Positions 1 through 8,560 of a stretch of 64,000 nt of DNA are shown piece by piece. Below the pieces are notes generated by a model. It searched no databases, had not been told where the DNA came from, and saw nothing but the letters and a program-made list of their open reading frames with translations. The DNA comes from an uncultured Clostridia bacterium (GTDB lineage Bacteria; Bacillota; Clostridia; Christensenellales; UBA1242): positions 531 through 64,530 of the forward strand of contig CAMSQA010000007.1 in the NCBI GenBank assembly GCA_947062475.1, in the 5' to 3' direction. The position numbers and the translations under genes were made by a program. Numbering within the stretch: position 1 is the first letter of the stretch; each line of letters starts with the position of its first letter.

Positions 1-58
1 CTCTTCGCTTTGCTCTCAAAGGTGGGGGTCGGTGGTTCGAGTCCACTCATCTCTACCA
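1..58 (+). ncRNA. 3' terminus of a tmRNA (ssrA)-like or tRNA-Ala-like gene, truncated by the window edge
   Basis: T-arm GGTGG-TTCGAGT-CCACT, then acceptor 3' strand CATCTCT, discriminator A and encoded CCA ending at 58. The acceptor would allow a G3:U70 pair (alanine identity). Sequence upstream of the T-arm is too long for a normal variable loop, which favours the tRNA-like domain of tmRNA. The 5' part is outside the window. Confidence 0.5.
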
Positions 59-208
59 TGAAACAGCCCATAACGAGCTGGTTTTTTTGTTTGGAGAATC
101 TTAATTCGATTTTGCTCTCTATTTTTCATGTGCAGTATCTTTTCCATATACTTTATCTAAAATATTCTTTAATTCTTTTATTGACATATTTTTATAACTC
201 ATTCGTCG

Positions 209-595
209 TCAGTCTTTGACTATAATCCAGCTAGATCCGTTACTTTGTTTGACTTTTAAAGGCTGCATTGGTTTAACTTCTGCAAGCCCAATAAGAGTGC
301 AATATTTTTTATTTTTATAAGCCTCCCAATTTTCGAACATATCTATTCCAATTTCTTTATTCCACTTTGCTTTAATTCTTTCGGCAATGTATGGTGTTAA
401 TTCAAAGTATTTTACTGCCTTAACTTTTGCAGTGGCTGTCACATCACGGCTTGTCTGTTTTCACAAAAGTTCATCACCAATCTTAACTTTACCATATGGA
501 GCAACTTTTTTCATTGACCATCTGCTTTCAATAGTTTTTTCTCCCGACAAAATCATATCAAAAAATGGCTGTCTAAATATTGCTATATGTTGCAT
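209..595 (-). pseudogene. ASCH-domain protein gene interrupted by one in-frame TGA (461-463)
   Basis: My minus-strand translation from ATG 595-593 gives MQHIAIFRQPFFDMILSGEKTIESRWSMKKVAPYGKVKIGDELL*KQTSRDVTATAKVKAVKYFELTP... in a single frame. The GEKTIESRW and VTA.A.V pattern is typical of ASCH domains. The ORF track reports only the distal 77 aa. Confidence 0.6.
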
Positions 596-880
596 GATAA
601 ATCCTAAAAATCATTAAAATTATGCTCGTCAATAAGCGCAATAATATCTATTGCTGCTTACATCACAATAAAATTATATCATAATTTTAATTGTATAGTT
701 TTTTTATTAATAATTTGGTTATATTATTACGCAACAAGAATCTATTTCAAAGAGATATGAAAAATGAAGGGGAGTATTGTCCTACTTCCTGATATTTCTT
801 ACATAAAAAGAGTAAATTTTTCTTGTTTTTTGCAAAAAGAAGATCGAATCTAAGTTTTTTCAAAATAATTTCGATTTTGC

Positions 881-912
881 TTGACTTTTTTTTCCCCCCC
901 CCTTAGTATAAT
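881..912 (+). promoter_or_regulatory. sigma-70-type promoter with homopolymeric T7C9 spacer
   Basis: TTGACT at 881-886 and TATAAT at 907-912. The 20-nt spacer is T7 (887-893) + C9 (894-902) + TTAG. SD and ATG of the downstream gene follow at 921-940. Confidence 0.6.
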
Positions 913-937
913 GAAAAATGAAAGGAGGGATTTAGAA

Positions 938-1258
938 ATGTGGTGGAAAGAAGTAATTGGAATTGTCGCAACATTAATGATTTTGGCATCGATGTTGTTT
1001 CCAACACTTTCATACAAAGGAAGCGTTTGCATGAGAAGTTTAAACCTTGTAGGTTCGGCTGTATTTGTAGTTTATGGAAGTATTCTTCCTGCAATTAGCA
1101 CAGCAGTATTAAATGGAGCTTTAATAATTGTAAACACCTATCATCTTATTGTGTTAATTAAAAATCACAAAAAAGAAGCTGTTAAAGAAAATTTAGTTTT
1201 AAGTAATGAAAATGATGAAGAAGTTTTAAATAAAACAGAAATTGAAGGAAATAAATAA
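938..1258 (+). CDS. small three-TM membrane protein (half-size YgjV / PQ-loop-like)
   Basis: ATG 938 is preceded by AAAGGAGGG (921-929). The 106-aa product has three hydrophobic helices (IGIVATLMILASMLF, LNLVGSAVFVVYGSIL, AVLNGALIIVNTYHLIVLI) and a charged C-terminal tail. The track start at 881 is the TTG of the -35 box. Confidence 0.6.
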   Translation: MWWKEVIGIVATLMILASMLFPTLSYKGSVCMRSLNLVGSAVFVVYGSILPAISTAVLNGALIIVNTYHLIVLIKNHKKEAVKENLVLSNENDEEVLNKTEIEGNK

Positions 1259-1266
1259 AATATAAT

Positions 1267-1297
1267 AAAAAAGACCAAATTATTTGGTCTTTTTTTA
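1267..1297. terminator. bidirectional rho-independent terminator
   Basis: AAAAAAGACCAAAT-TA-TTTGGTCTTTTTTT lies between convergent genes ending at 1258 (+) and 1315 (-). Confidence 0.7.
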
Positions 1298-1314
1298 TTT
1301 GTATCAAGCATTTA

Positions 1315-2565
1315 TTATTTATCCTCATCACAGTTGCAATGTTTGCCGCAATGACAACTATGGCCTTCTTCACCACATTGGCAATCATCACCACAGTCAC
1401 AATCATCACCACAATCGCAATTGTCGTTTTCGCAATGGCAATGATGTTCATGTTCACCACATTTGCAGGCTTCTTCAAAAATATCCACGTATTCAAGATA
1501 TTCATCAAGGTTGTGAGATTTATAAATATTTTCTGGCATTTGGTCGGTTGTAGTATAGCCAGGTTCAGCACAAAGCACCTCTACAATTCTGTTTATTACT
1601 GAGGCACATGTGAGTTCTGCTGTTGCAGGTCTTTCAATGACAACTCTTGTTGAAGGTTCGCCTTCAATAGTCCAGTCGTTGCAATCAAATTCATCTGCTC
1701 TATAAACTTTTCCAATGCACTCAGAGATAATAGTTGTCCCTTCTTCAGTTTCTGTTGTCACGATTGCGCTCATTCCTGTGCAGTCGCCTTTTTTAATAGT
1801 CATATCTAAGGTTGAGCTATAAATATCCTCTGTTGCGATTTGAGGAGTTGTTTTTTGTGTTTGTCTCTTTACATGCAAGCCAAGTTTAGAGCAAAGCCAA
1901 CCATTTACATTCCACATATAACTTGGGGCATAATTTCCTTCTTGTATGAGTTTTGCACGTTCTTCATCAGAAATTTCGTCAACAGCTGCGATTTCTTTTT
2001 CAAATTGCTTAACAGTAAGTCCAGCACCATGAACTTTTGCAAGGGAAATGCCATAGTCTTCAACGTTATAACTTGATTTACCTCTTATAGTTTTGATTTT
2101 ATGTGTTGCACCAGCAAGCACGCTTATAAGGTTTCCCCAGAATACGTCTTGATATCCGCTTCCGCAAATTGTGCAACCATTTTCTTTTGCAAGTTCATCC
2201 AGTTTTTTAGCAAGAGTAGGGTTTGAATTTTGGGCATAAAATGCCTCTTCGCAAGTTGAAATGACATTTACGCCATATTTTGCAAAGATTTCATAGATAG
2301 GATAGTTTTCACTAAACAGGCTGGTAGTAGTGACGATTGCCACATCAACTTCATTTTCTTCAAGAAAACTTTCAAGAGTATTGGCATCTTGAATTTTCAC
2401 TCCTATATTTTTATTGTTTTCAAGCACAATAGAAACATCTTTGCCAAACTTGCTTTCATCAATATCAAAAGCACCGACAAGTTCTACACCTTTTTCAAGA
2501 GCATAGCCGATTGTGAATTTGCTCATTTTGCCACAACCATATTGAACCATTTTAATTTTTTCCAT
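1315..2565 (-). CDS. NAD(P)-binding oxidoreductase of the DapB-N / amine dehydrogenase (2,4-diaminopentanoate dehydrogenase-like) type with a Cys/His-rich C-terminal tail
   Basis: N-terminal Rossmann motif MVQYGCGKMSKFTIGYALEKGVELVGAFDID. Central ISTCEEAFY...CGSGYQDVFWGNL resembles the DapB-like dimerisation domain. The last 51 aa contain seven CxC pairs. Confidence 0.6.
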   Translation of the reverse strand: MEKIKMVQYGCGKMSKFTIGYALEKGVELVGAFDIDESKFGKDVSIVLENNKNIGVKIQDANTLESFLEENEVDVAIVTTTSLFSENYPIYEIFAKYGVNVISTCEEAFYAQNSNPTLAKKLDELAKENGCTICGSGYQDVFWGNLISVLAGATHKIKTIRGKSSYNVEDYGISLAKVHGAGLTVKQFEKEIAAVDEISDEERAKLIQEGNYAPSYMWNVNGWLCSKLGLHVKRQTQKTTPQIATEDIYSSTLDMTIKKGDCTGMSAIVTTETEEGTTIISECIGKVYRADEFDCNDWTIEGEPSTRVVIERPATAELTCASVINRIVEVLCAEPGYTTTDQMPENIYKSHNLDEYLEYVDIFEEACKCGEHEHHCHCENDNCDCGDDCDCGDDCQCGEEGHSCHCGKHCNCDEDK

Positions 2566-2667
2566 TTAAAATCCTCCTAAAATTAAGTATATCAATAAAT
2601 GAAAATTTTACCAAATTTTTTTTGCTTTTTTTGACAGAATGTTGGCATAAATGGTTGAAAAATTAAG

Positions 2668-4506
2668 TTATTCTTCAATTGTATGCTTAATTGGGTTGTT
2701 TATAAAATAATTATGAATTGTTACTGCCAATGAATGGCTTATCTCAGGAAGTGTTTCAAGCATTTCTACATCAAGTTTTGCAATAACTTCACTACTGCCA
2801 AAAGTCTTGATTAATGCATCTCGTTTTTTAGGTCCAACTCCAGGAATATTATCAAGTTCTGATTTTACCATCTTGCTGTTGCGTAGATTTCTATGGTAGG
2901 TTATGGCAAATCTATGTGCTTCATCACGAATACGTTGCAAAAGTTTTAATTCAGCAGAGCCTGGTTTTAAAAGTGTAGGTTTGCTTGAAAGAGGATGAAA
3001 TACCTCTTCGATTCTTTTTGCAAGACTTATAATTTGAAGCTCGTTTTCAAGTTTGAAACTGGTAAGAATATCATAACAAGAAGAAAGTTGACCTTTTCCA
3101 CCATCGATAATTATAAGATTTGGTTTTTCTTTAAAACTTTCACCATTTTGTTCATTGTATCTTTTCAATCTGCGTTTAAGAGCCTCTTCAAGAGAAGCAA
3201 AATCGTTTGCACCTTTGACCGTTTTGATTTTGAATTTTCGATAATCTTTTTTACTAGGTTCACCATTTTTAAATACTACCATTGAGCAAACTTTATTTGT
3301 TCCGCTTATGTTTGAAATATCATAACATTCCATTCTCAGAGGAAGCTCTTTGAGATTTAATTTTTCTTTCAATGCTTTCACAGCTCCAAGTGTGTTGTTG
3401 TATTTCAGTCTGTCTTTTTCAAGATGCTTTTCAAGATATTCTTTGGCATTTTCAAGAGCCATATCTAGAAGAGATTTGTTGACTCCATGCGGTTTTGAGA
3501 TGAAGTTTATTTTCTTGCCTAAAAACTGGCAGAGGGTGTCAGTTGAAGCGATTTCGTGAGACAGAATAATTTCGTTTGGGATTATCATGTTGTGATAATA
3601 TTGTGAAACAAAGTTGAAAAGAGTCTGACCTTCTTCAAGTTCTGCATCTATGCAAGGATAGGAGATTATACCAAGAATTTTTCCACCACGCACAACCATA
3701 TAAGTGATTACGCCGCTTAACCCATCTGTAACATATGCGAAAACGTCTTTTGATACATCTTTTGGCAGGTTGGCAACGATTCTGTTTTTAAGTTTTGTAA
3801 TCATTTTCAATCGTTCTCTCAGAAGAATTGCACTTTCAAAATTCTCATTATTTGAGGCATTCAACATTTTTTGCGTCAAAATTTCTTCAATTTCACTATC
3901 ATTTCCATTTAAAAAGTTGATTGCTCTGTCAATTTCATTTAAATATTCCATTCGTGAAATCTTTTTAGTGCAGGGTGCTGAACATAAACATAGTGAATAG
4001 TTTAAACATTCTCGTTTTGCAATAGAAGTTTCTGTGATTTTATTTGAGCATGTGCGAATTTTAAAAGCTGCATTGATAGTTTTTAAAATTTCTCTAGCAT
4101 CCAGTCCTGCAAAATAAGGTCCAAAATATTTTGCACCATCTTTTTTGACGCGTCTTACAATTTCAAATTTTGGGAAAGGATCTTTTAAATTTATTTTAAT
4201 ATAAGGAAATTGCTTGCCATCTTTTAAAAGAATATTATAAAAAGGTTGATACTTTTTTATCAAATTGCTTTCAAGAGCAAGTGCATCCATCTCTGACATT
4301 GTGATAAAATAATCAAAATCAGCCACATTTTCAACCATAGCTTGCACTTTGCTGGGTTTTGGAGAATTTCGAAAATATGGACTTACTCTATTTTTAAGAT
4401 TTTTTGCTTTTCCGACATAAATAACCACTCCGTCAATGTCTCGCATGATATAAACACCAGGTTTTGTGGTCAAAGTTTTCAGTTTATCTTTAATAATATT
4501 GTTCAT
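2668..4506 (-). CDS. uvrC: excinuclease ABC subunit C
   Basis: GIY-YIG N-terminus (GVYIMRDIDGVVIYVGKAKNLKNRV), a Cys-rich region, an RNase H-like endonuclease domain and a C-terminal HhH (DNIPGVGPKKRDALIKTFGS). 612 aa. Confidence 0.95.
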   Translation of the reverse strand: MNNIIKDKLKTLTTKPGVYIMRDIDGVVIYVGKAKNLKNRVSPYFRNSPKPSKVQAMVENVADFDYFITMSEMDALALESNLIKKYQPFYNILLKDGKQFPYIKINLKDPFPKFEIVRRVKKDGAKYFGPYFAGLDAREILKTINAAFKIRTCSNKITETSIAKRECLNYSLCLCSAPCTKKISRMEYLNEIDRAINFLNGNDSEIEEILTQKMLNASNNENFESAILLRERLKMITKLKNRIVANLPKDVSKDVFAYVTDGLSGVITYMVVRGGKILGIISYPCIDAELEEGQTLFNFVSQYYHNMIIPNEIILSHEIASTDTLCQFLGKKINFISKPHGVNKSLLDMALENAKEYLEKHLEKDRLKYNNTLGAVKALKEKLNLKELPLRMECYDISNISGTNKVCSMVVFKNGEPSKKDYRKFKIKTVKGANDFASLEEALKRRLKRYNEQNGESFKEKPNLIIIDGGKGQLSSCYDILTSFKLENELQIISLAKRIEEVFHPLSSKPTLLKPGSAELKLLQRIRDEAHRFAITYHRNLRNSKMVKSELDNIPGVGPKKRDALIKTFGSSEVIAKLDVEMLETLPEISHSLAVTIHNYFINNPIKHTIEE

Positions 4507-4571
4507 ATTTAAATTATAGCCAAATTTTTGGAATTTTTCAAGTTTATGACTAAATTATATTTATGCTAAAC

Positions 4572-4602
4572 AAAAAAGACAATTTTCTCAATTGTCTTTT
4601 TT
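4572..4602. terminator. bidirectional terminator hairpin downstream of hisS
   Basis: AAAAAAGACAATT-TTCTC-AATTGTCTTTTTT is flanked by A and T runs. Confidence 0.7.
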
Positions 4603-4619
4603 AAAACTGATTAATGAAA

Positions 4620-5942
4620 TTATTGAAAGGAATGTTTTTTGATAATATTTAAACATTCTTCTTTTGAAATATTATATTGCTGACCTGTGAGCATGTTTTT
4701 CAAAGCAAAAAGACCACTTTTTATTTCATTTTCGCCAACAATCAAAACAAATGGAATTTGACGTTTGTTGGCTTCTTTCATCTTTGCTTTGAAAGAGCGT
4801 TCGTCATAATTTAATTCGCAAACAATTTCATTTTTAAAATAAGCTTGAAGTTTGATACATTCATGCAAAGTTTCACCCATAGGAATGATCTGAAGATCGA
4901 TGTTTGAAGGCTTAATTTCAGGAAGCATATTGTTTTTGTCAAGAAGGTCGAATAGTCTTGTCAGACCAATACTAATCCCAACACCAGGCAGATGTTTATC
5001 AGTGTAATAGCCTGCAAGATTGTCATATCTTCCGCCTCCACAAACAGAGCCAAATTCTGGGTGCTTTGGCATATAAGCTTCAAAAACTGTGCCAGTATAG
5101 TAGTTATGTCCTCTGATAATGCCTATATCAAGTGTGAAGCTGGCTTTATTTAGACCATAACTAGAAAGATAGGAATAGAGTTCTTTAAGTTCGGCAATTC
5201 CTTTTTTATAGGTTTCATTGTCAGAGAGATTTTCAATTTGTGCAAGCACAGTTTCAAAATTTCCTTGTGCTAGAGTGAGAGAAATTAATTTATTTGCTTT
5301 GTCATCATTTATTCCTAATTTTTCAAGTTCTCCTATTGCATTGTCTTTGCCAATCTTACCAATCTTATCAAGGATGATAAGGATGTCAATAGTAAGATTT
5401 TGTAAACCCAAATATTCAGCATATCCAAACAATATATTTCTGTTTGAAATGTGCATGATGATGTCAAGATCAAGTGCTTTAAAAACATCACATGCCATAT
5501 TTACGCATTCTGCATCTGCAATTAGAGGCAGTTTATCATTTCCAACAATATCTGCATCGCATTGCACAAATTCTCTAAATCGTCCCTTTTGTGCACGTTC
5601 ACCACGATACGCTTTTCCAAACTGATAACGCTTGAATGGGAAGGTGAGGTTAGGATGATTCATAGCGACAAATCTTGCAAGAGGGACAGTTAAGTCATAA
5701 CGCATACAAACAGCAGTGTCACCTTTGGTGAAAGCATAAAGTTCTTTATCTATTTCTCCACCAGATTTGGCCAGCAAAATTTCACTTAGCTCTAAAACAG
5801 GTGTGTCAAGGGGCATAAAAGCATAATTTTTGTATACTGCTTTTATCTTGTCAATCATGTCGTCAAATATTACCTGTTTAGCAGGCTCAAGTTCCATAAA
5901 ACCTGACAATTTTCGAGGTGTAATGAGTTTTTTTGCGTTCAT
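4620..5942 (-). CDS. hisS: histidine--tRNA ligase
   Basis: Class II motifs (FKRYQFGKAYRGERAQKGRFREFVQCD; GGGRYDNL) and a C-terminal anticodon-binding domain (IPFVLIVGENEIKSG). 440 aa. Confidence 0.9.
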   Translation of the reverse strand: MNAKKLITPRKLSGFMELEPAKQVIFDDMIDKIKAVYKNYAFMPLDTPVLELSEILLAKSGGEIDKELYAFTKGDTAVCMRYDLTVPLARFVAMNHPNLTFPFKRYQFGKAYRGERAQKGRFREFVQCDADIVGNDKLPLIADAECVNMACDVFKALDLDIIMHISNRNILFGYAEYLGLQNLTIDILIILDKIGKIGKDNAIGELEKLGINDDKANKLISLTLAQGNFETVLAQIENLSDNETYKKGIAELKELYSYLSSYGLNKASFTLDIGIIRGHNYYTGTVFEAYMPKHPEFGSVCGGGRYDNLAGYYTDKHLPGVGISIGLTRLFDLLDKNNMLPEIKPSNIDLQIIPMGETLHECIKLQAYFKNEIVCELNYDERSFKAKMKEANKRQIPFVLIVGENEIKSGLFALKNMLTGQQYNISKEECLNIIKKHSFQ

Positions 5943-6043
5943 AAATTCTCCTTATTATGATTAAGATATGATTGTATAACTAATATGCTGTTTTAAAATG
6001 CAATAGATGAATTGTTGCAAATTTTATTACAAAAATGGAAAAG

Positions 6044-6159
6044 TTGTCCACTTAAAGTTATCCACATATCCACAAATAAATATTTATACATTTGAGCTAA
6101 TTTTTATGCATAAACTTGTATTTTTGTGGATAACCACCATAGTTATCCACATATCCACA
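6044..6159. promoter_or_regulatory. DnaA-box cluster (candidate oriC element or DnaA-binding cluster)
   Basis: Perfect TTATCCACA at 6058-6066 and 6143-6151, and as TGTGGATAA at 6125-6133. ATATCCACA at 6066-6074 and 6151-6159. TTGTCCACT at 6044-6052. The 18-mer GTTATCCACATATCCACA occurs twice. About 260 bp of almost pure A/T follows, up to 6420. Confidence 0.65.
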
Positions 6160-6419
6160 TGAAAATTTAATAGATTTTCATATTTTTTGACGTTATTTTT
6201 TAATAAATAAGATAAAAATGATTAAAATAAAGTTGTTTTTTTGAAAATATTTTATAAATTTTAAAATTAAATTTTGCAAGATTGCGTAAAATTATTGTCA
6301 AAATGTATAAAAATTCGCAGTAGCAAAATCGGGTAAAAATTCTTTACAAAATTTAAAGAATTTTTTTATTTGATTAATTGTAATTTTTGTAAAATAAAAG
6401 TATTAATAAAATTGATTTT

Positions 6420-8486
6420 TTACAATAATATCTCTTCTAAATCAGATATAAAATTAGATTTTTCTTGAGTGAAGGTGAAAAACAATTTATGAAGTGCTCT
6501 AGTGCTTGAAACATAGATAATATTCTTGTCAACAGCATTTTTATAAGATGTTTTTTCACAGTTTGGTATTATTACTGCATCAAATTCAATGCCTTTTGCA
6601 GTTGCACAAGAAGTGATAAGCACGCGAGAATCATAATCCTCAGGATTGACTAGCAGTTTGCAATCAATGATGTTTTTAAGCTCTTTATAAAGGTTGTTTG
6701 CTTCCTTTTGACATTTGCACACGATTGCAATATGTTCGAGACTATCACATTCTTTTTCAATGATTGTTTTAATTGCTTTGGCAGGGGATGATGTTTTATA
6801 AGCAATTGGCTCTTTTCCACTTCTATTGACAAATTCTATATTGTCAAGTCCAACCAAATGATTTGCAAACTTAGCTATTTCTTTTGTTGAACGATAAGTT
6901 TTGTTAAGCTTTGTAAGTTTGCAACCTAAAAAATCAGCTGTAATTGAAAGGTATTCATCCGTCACATTCTTTTCAATACATTGATTTACATCACCAACCA
7001 TAATTTTAGGGCAAGCCCAAATCTTTTTAAACATATAAAAGTCAACAGGTGTGAAATCTTGCATTTCGTCAATTATGAGATATTTTGCTGAGAAGTCATG
7101 ATCCATTCCATAGACAAAATGTTTGATTGCAAGCCAAGTGCCTTTGTCCATATAGTTGATTTTTTTATTGCGAGAAGTTTTATATCCCTCTCTAGCCATA
7201 AAAATTTCAAAAATTTTATCGACATCACGCACAGGTAAGAATTGATATAGAATAGTTTTAAATCTATCTCTAAGTCCTCTATTTTGCTCTTTTGAATAAT
7301 GTCTTCTTTCTGTGAAAAACATTGCATATTGCCAAGCAATTTTGTTGATACGTTCATAGAAATCAAAGCCTTTAAAGGTTTTAAAGAAAAGTTCTTTGGT
7401 TTGTTCGGCAGAAAATTCAATAGTTTCTTTTTCGCCGTCCATATTTTCATTCACGACAAAAGTAAGGTTTTGAGGGGAATAAGTTTCAAGAAAAGGTCCT
7501 TTTAAGAAACGAAGAAGGTCATCAAGATATTCATAAGAAGATTTGTAAGATACCTCATTTAAAAGTTCTTGAGTAGGTGAGGTTGCAATCTCGTCAAGCA
7601 TTTCTTCTCTTGTTTGAATTGGCTTTTTAAGCTCTGCTCTTGCAAGACTGGCAAAGGTTGTCTCAACCAAATTATCCTCACCAAGTTGTGGCAAAACATC
7701 AGATATATAGCTTGAAAAGATGTTGTTTGGTGAAAGAATAGTTATGTCACTGCTTTTGATTTGTTTTCTGTGTTTATATAAAAGATATGCTGCACGATGC
7801 AAAGCAATAGAGGTTTTTCCAGAGCCTGCTATTCCTTGAACTAACATATTTTCATTTGTGTCACAACGCACAATTGCATTTTGTTCTTTCTGAATAGAAG
7901 AGACAATTTGCTTCATTTTGATAGATACATTTTTTGATAAAATTTCCTGCAAAATGTCATCATTAATTGTCAAGTCTGTATCAAAGAAAGAAATAAGCTT
8001 TCCTTCATCGATTTTATATTGTCTTTTAAGTTGAATATTGCCATAGTAAATTTCATCATCAATAGAAAATGATGCATCACCAAGACTGTAATCATAATAC
8101 ATGCTTGAGATAGGTGCACGCCAATCTGCGACGTAAATTTTTTTATCGTCGAGGACATTTCCTATTCCAATATAAATTTTTTGAGCATTTTTCTTATTTT
8201 TGGGTTTGAAATCTATTCTTGCAAAGTATGGATTGTCTTTTTGGAGCTTTAATTTTTTTTCTTCTTTTTCATTGAGTTGCTCTTCTGCCTGCATAAGCCC
8301 AAGAGTTGTAAAAGAATTTGATAGGTCGCCTCCGCGTGAAATTTCGCTGTATTCTTCACCTAAATTTTTAATTCCTTCTTTAAAGCGTTCTTTGTTTTTT
8401 TTAAGTTTTTCTTTGCAAGAATTGATTTTTTTGTCTAAAATTTTTAATGTTTTTGCGAGATATTCTCTTTCCTCAGTTGTCTCCAA
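6420..8486 (-). CDS. helD: UvrD-like ATPase/helicase of the HelD (helicase IV) type
   Basis: TTG start with AAAGGAGG 5 nt upstream. N-terminal coiled coil, YFARIDF...VADWRAPISSMYY, Walker A GIAGSGKTSIALHRAAYLLY and a C-terminal UvrD-like domain (TKGIEFDAVII). Confidence 0.8.
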   Translation of the reverse strand: METTEEREYLAKTLKILDKKINSCKEKLKKNKERFKEGIKNLGEEYSEISRGGDLSNSFTTLGLMQAEEQLNEKEEKKLKLQKDNPYFARIDFKPKNKKNAQKIYIGIGNVLDDKKIYVADWRAPISSMYYDYSLGDASFSIDDEIYYGNIQLKRQYKIDEGKLISFFDTDLTINDDILQEILSKNVSIKMKQIVSSIQKEQNAIVRCDTNENMLVQGIAGSGKTSIALHRAAYLLYKHRKQIKSSDITILSPNNIFSSYISDVLPQLGEDNLVETTFASLARAELKKPIQTREEMLDEIATSPTQELLNEVSYKSSYEYLDDLLRFLKGPFLETYSPQNLTFVVNENMDGEKETIEFSAEQTKELFFKTFKGFDFYERINKIAWQYAMFFTERRHYSKEQNRGLRDRFKTILYQFLPVRDVDKIFEIFMAREGYKTSRNKKINYMDKGTWLAIKHFVYGMDHDFSAKYLIIDEMQDFTPVDFYMFKKIWACPKIMVGDVNQCIEKNVTDEYLSITADFLGCKLTKLNKTYRSTKEIAKFANHLVGLDNIEFVNRSGKEPIAYKTSSPAKAIKTIIEKECDSLEHIAIVCKCQKEANNLYKELKNIIDCKLLVNPEDYDSRVLITSCATAKGIEFDAVIIPNCEKTSYKNAVDKNIIYVSSTRALHKLFFTFTQEKSNFISDLEEILL

Positions 8487-8510
8487 ATTAGACCTCCTTT
8501 AAAACTTGCA

Positions 8511-8537
8511 GTCAAAGCTTAATTTTGAAGCTTTGAC
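8511..8537 (-). terminator. 10-bp perfect hairpin between gyrA and helD (weak terminator or processing site)
   Basis: GTCAAAGCTT-AATTTTG-AAGCTTTGAC. The U-run on the minus strand is poor, so read-through into helD is plausible. Confidence 0.4.
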
Positions 8538-8560
8538 ATTAAGTTTAATCAAAGAGAAGG

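Noticed and set aside
461-463. Possibility that TGA is a sense codon (genetic code 4 or 25) or selenocysteine in this organism.
   Set aside because: ORFs of 2,824, 1,668, 916 and 870 codons are uninterrupted under the standard code, so TGA is not used as a sense codon. No SECIS-like hairpin follows the ASCH TGA.
5943-6420. T-box riboswitch leader upstream of hisS (and of the MetRS-like gene).
   Set aside because: I found no T-box consensus (..GGTGGTACCGCG..), specifier-loop architecture or terminator/antiterminator pair. The region is instead occupied by DnaA boxes and A/T-rich DNA. The MetRS-like gene starts 28 nt after sigH.
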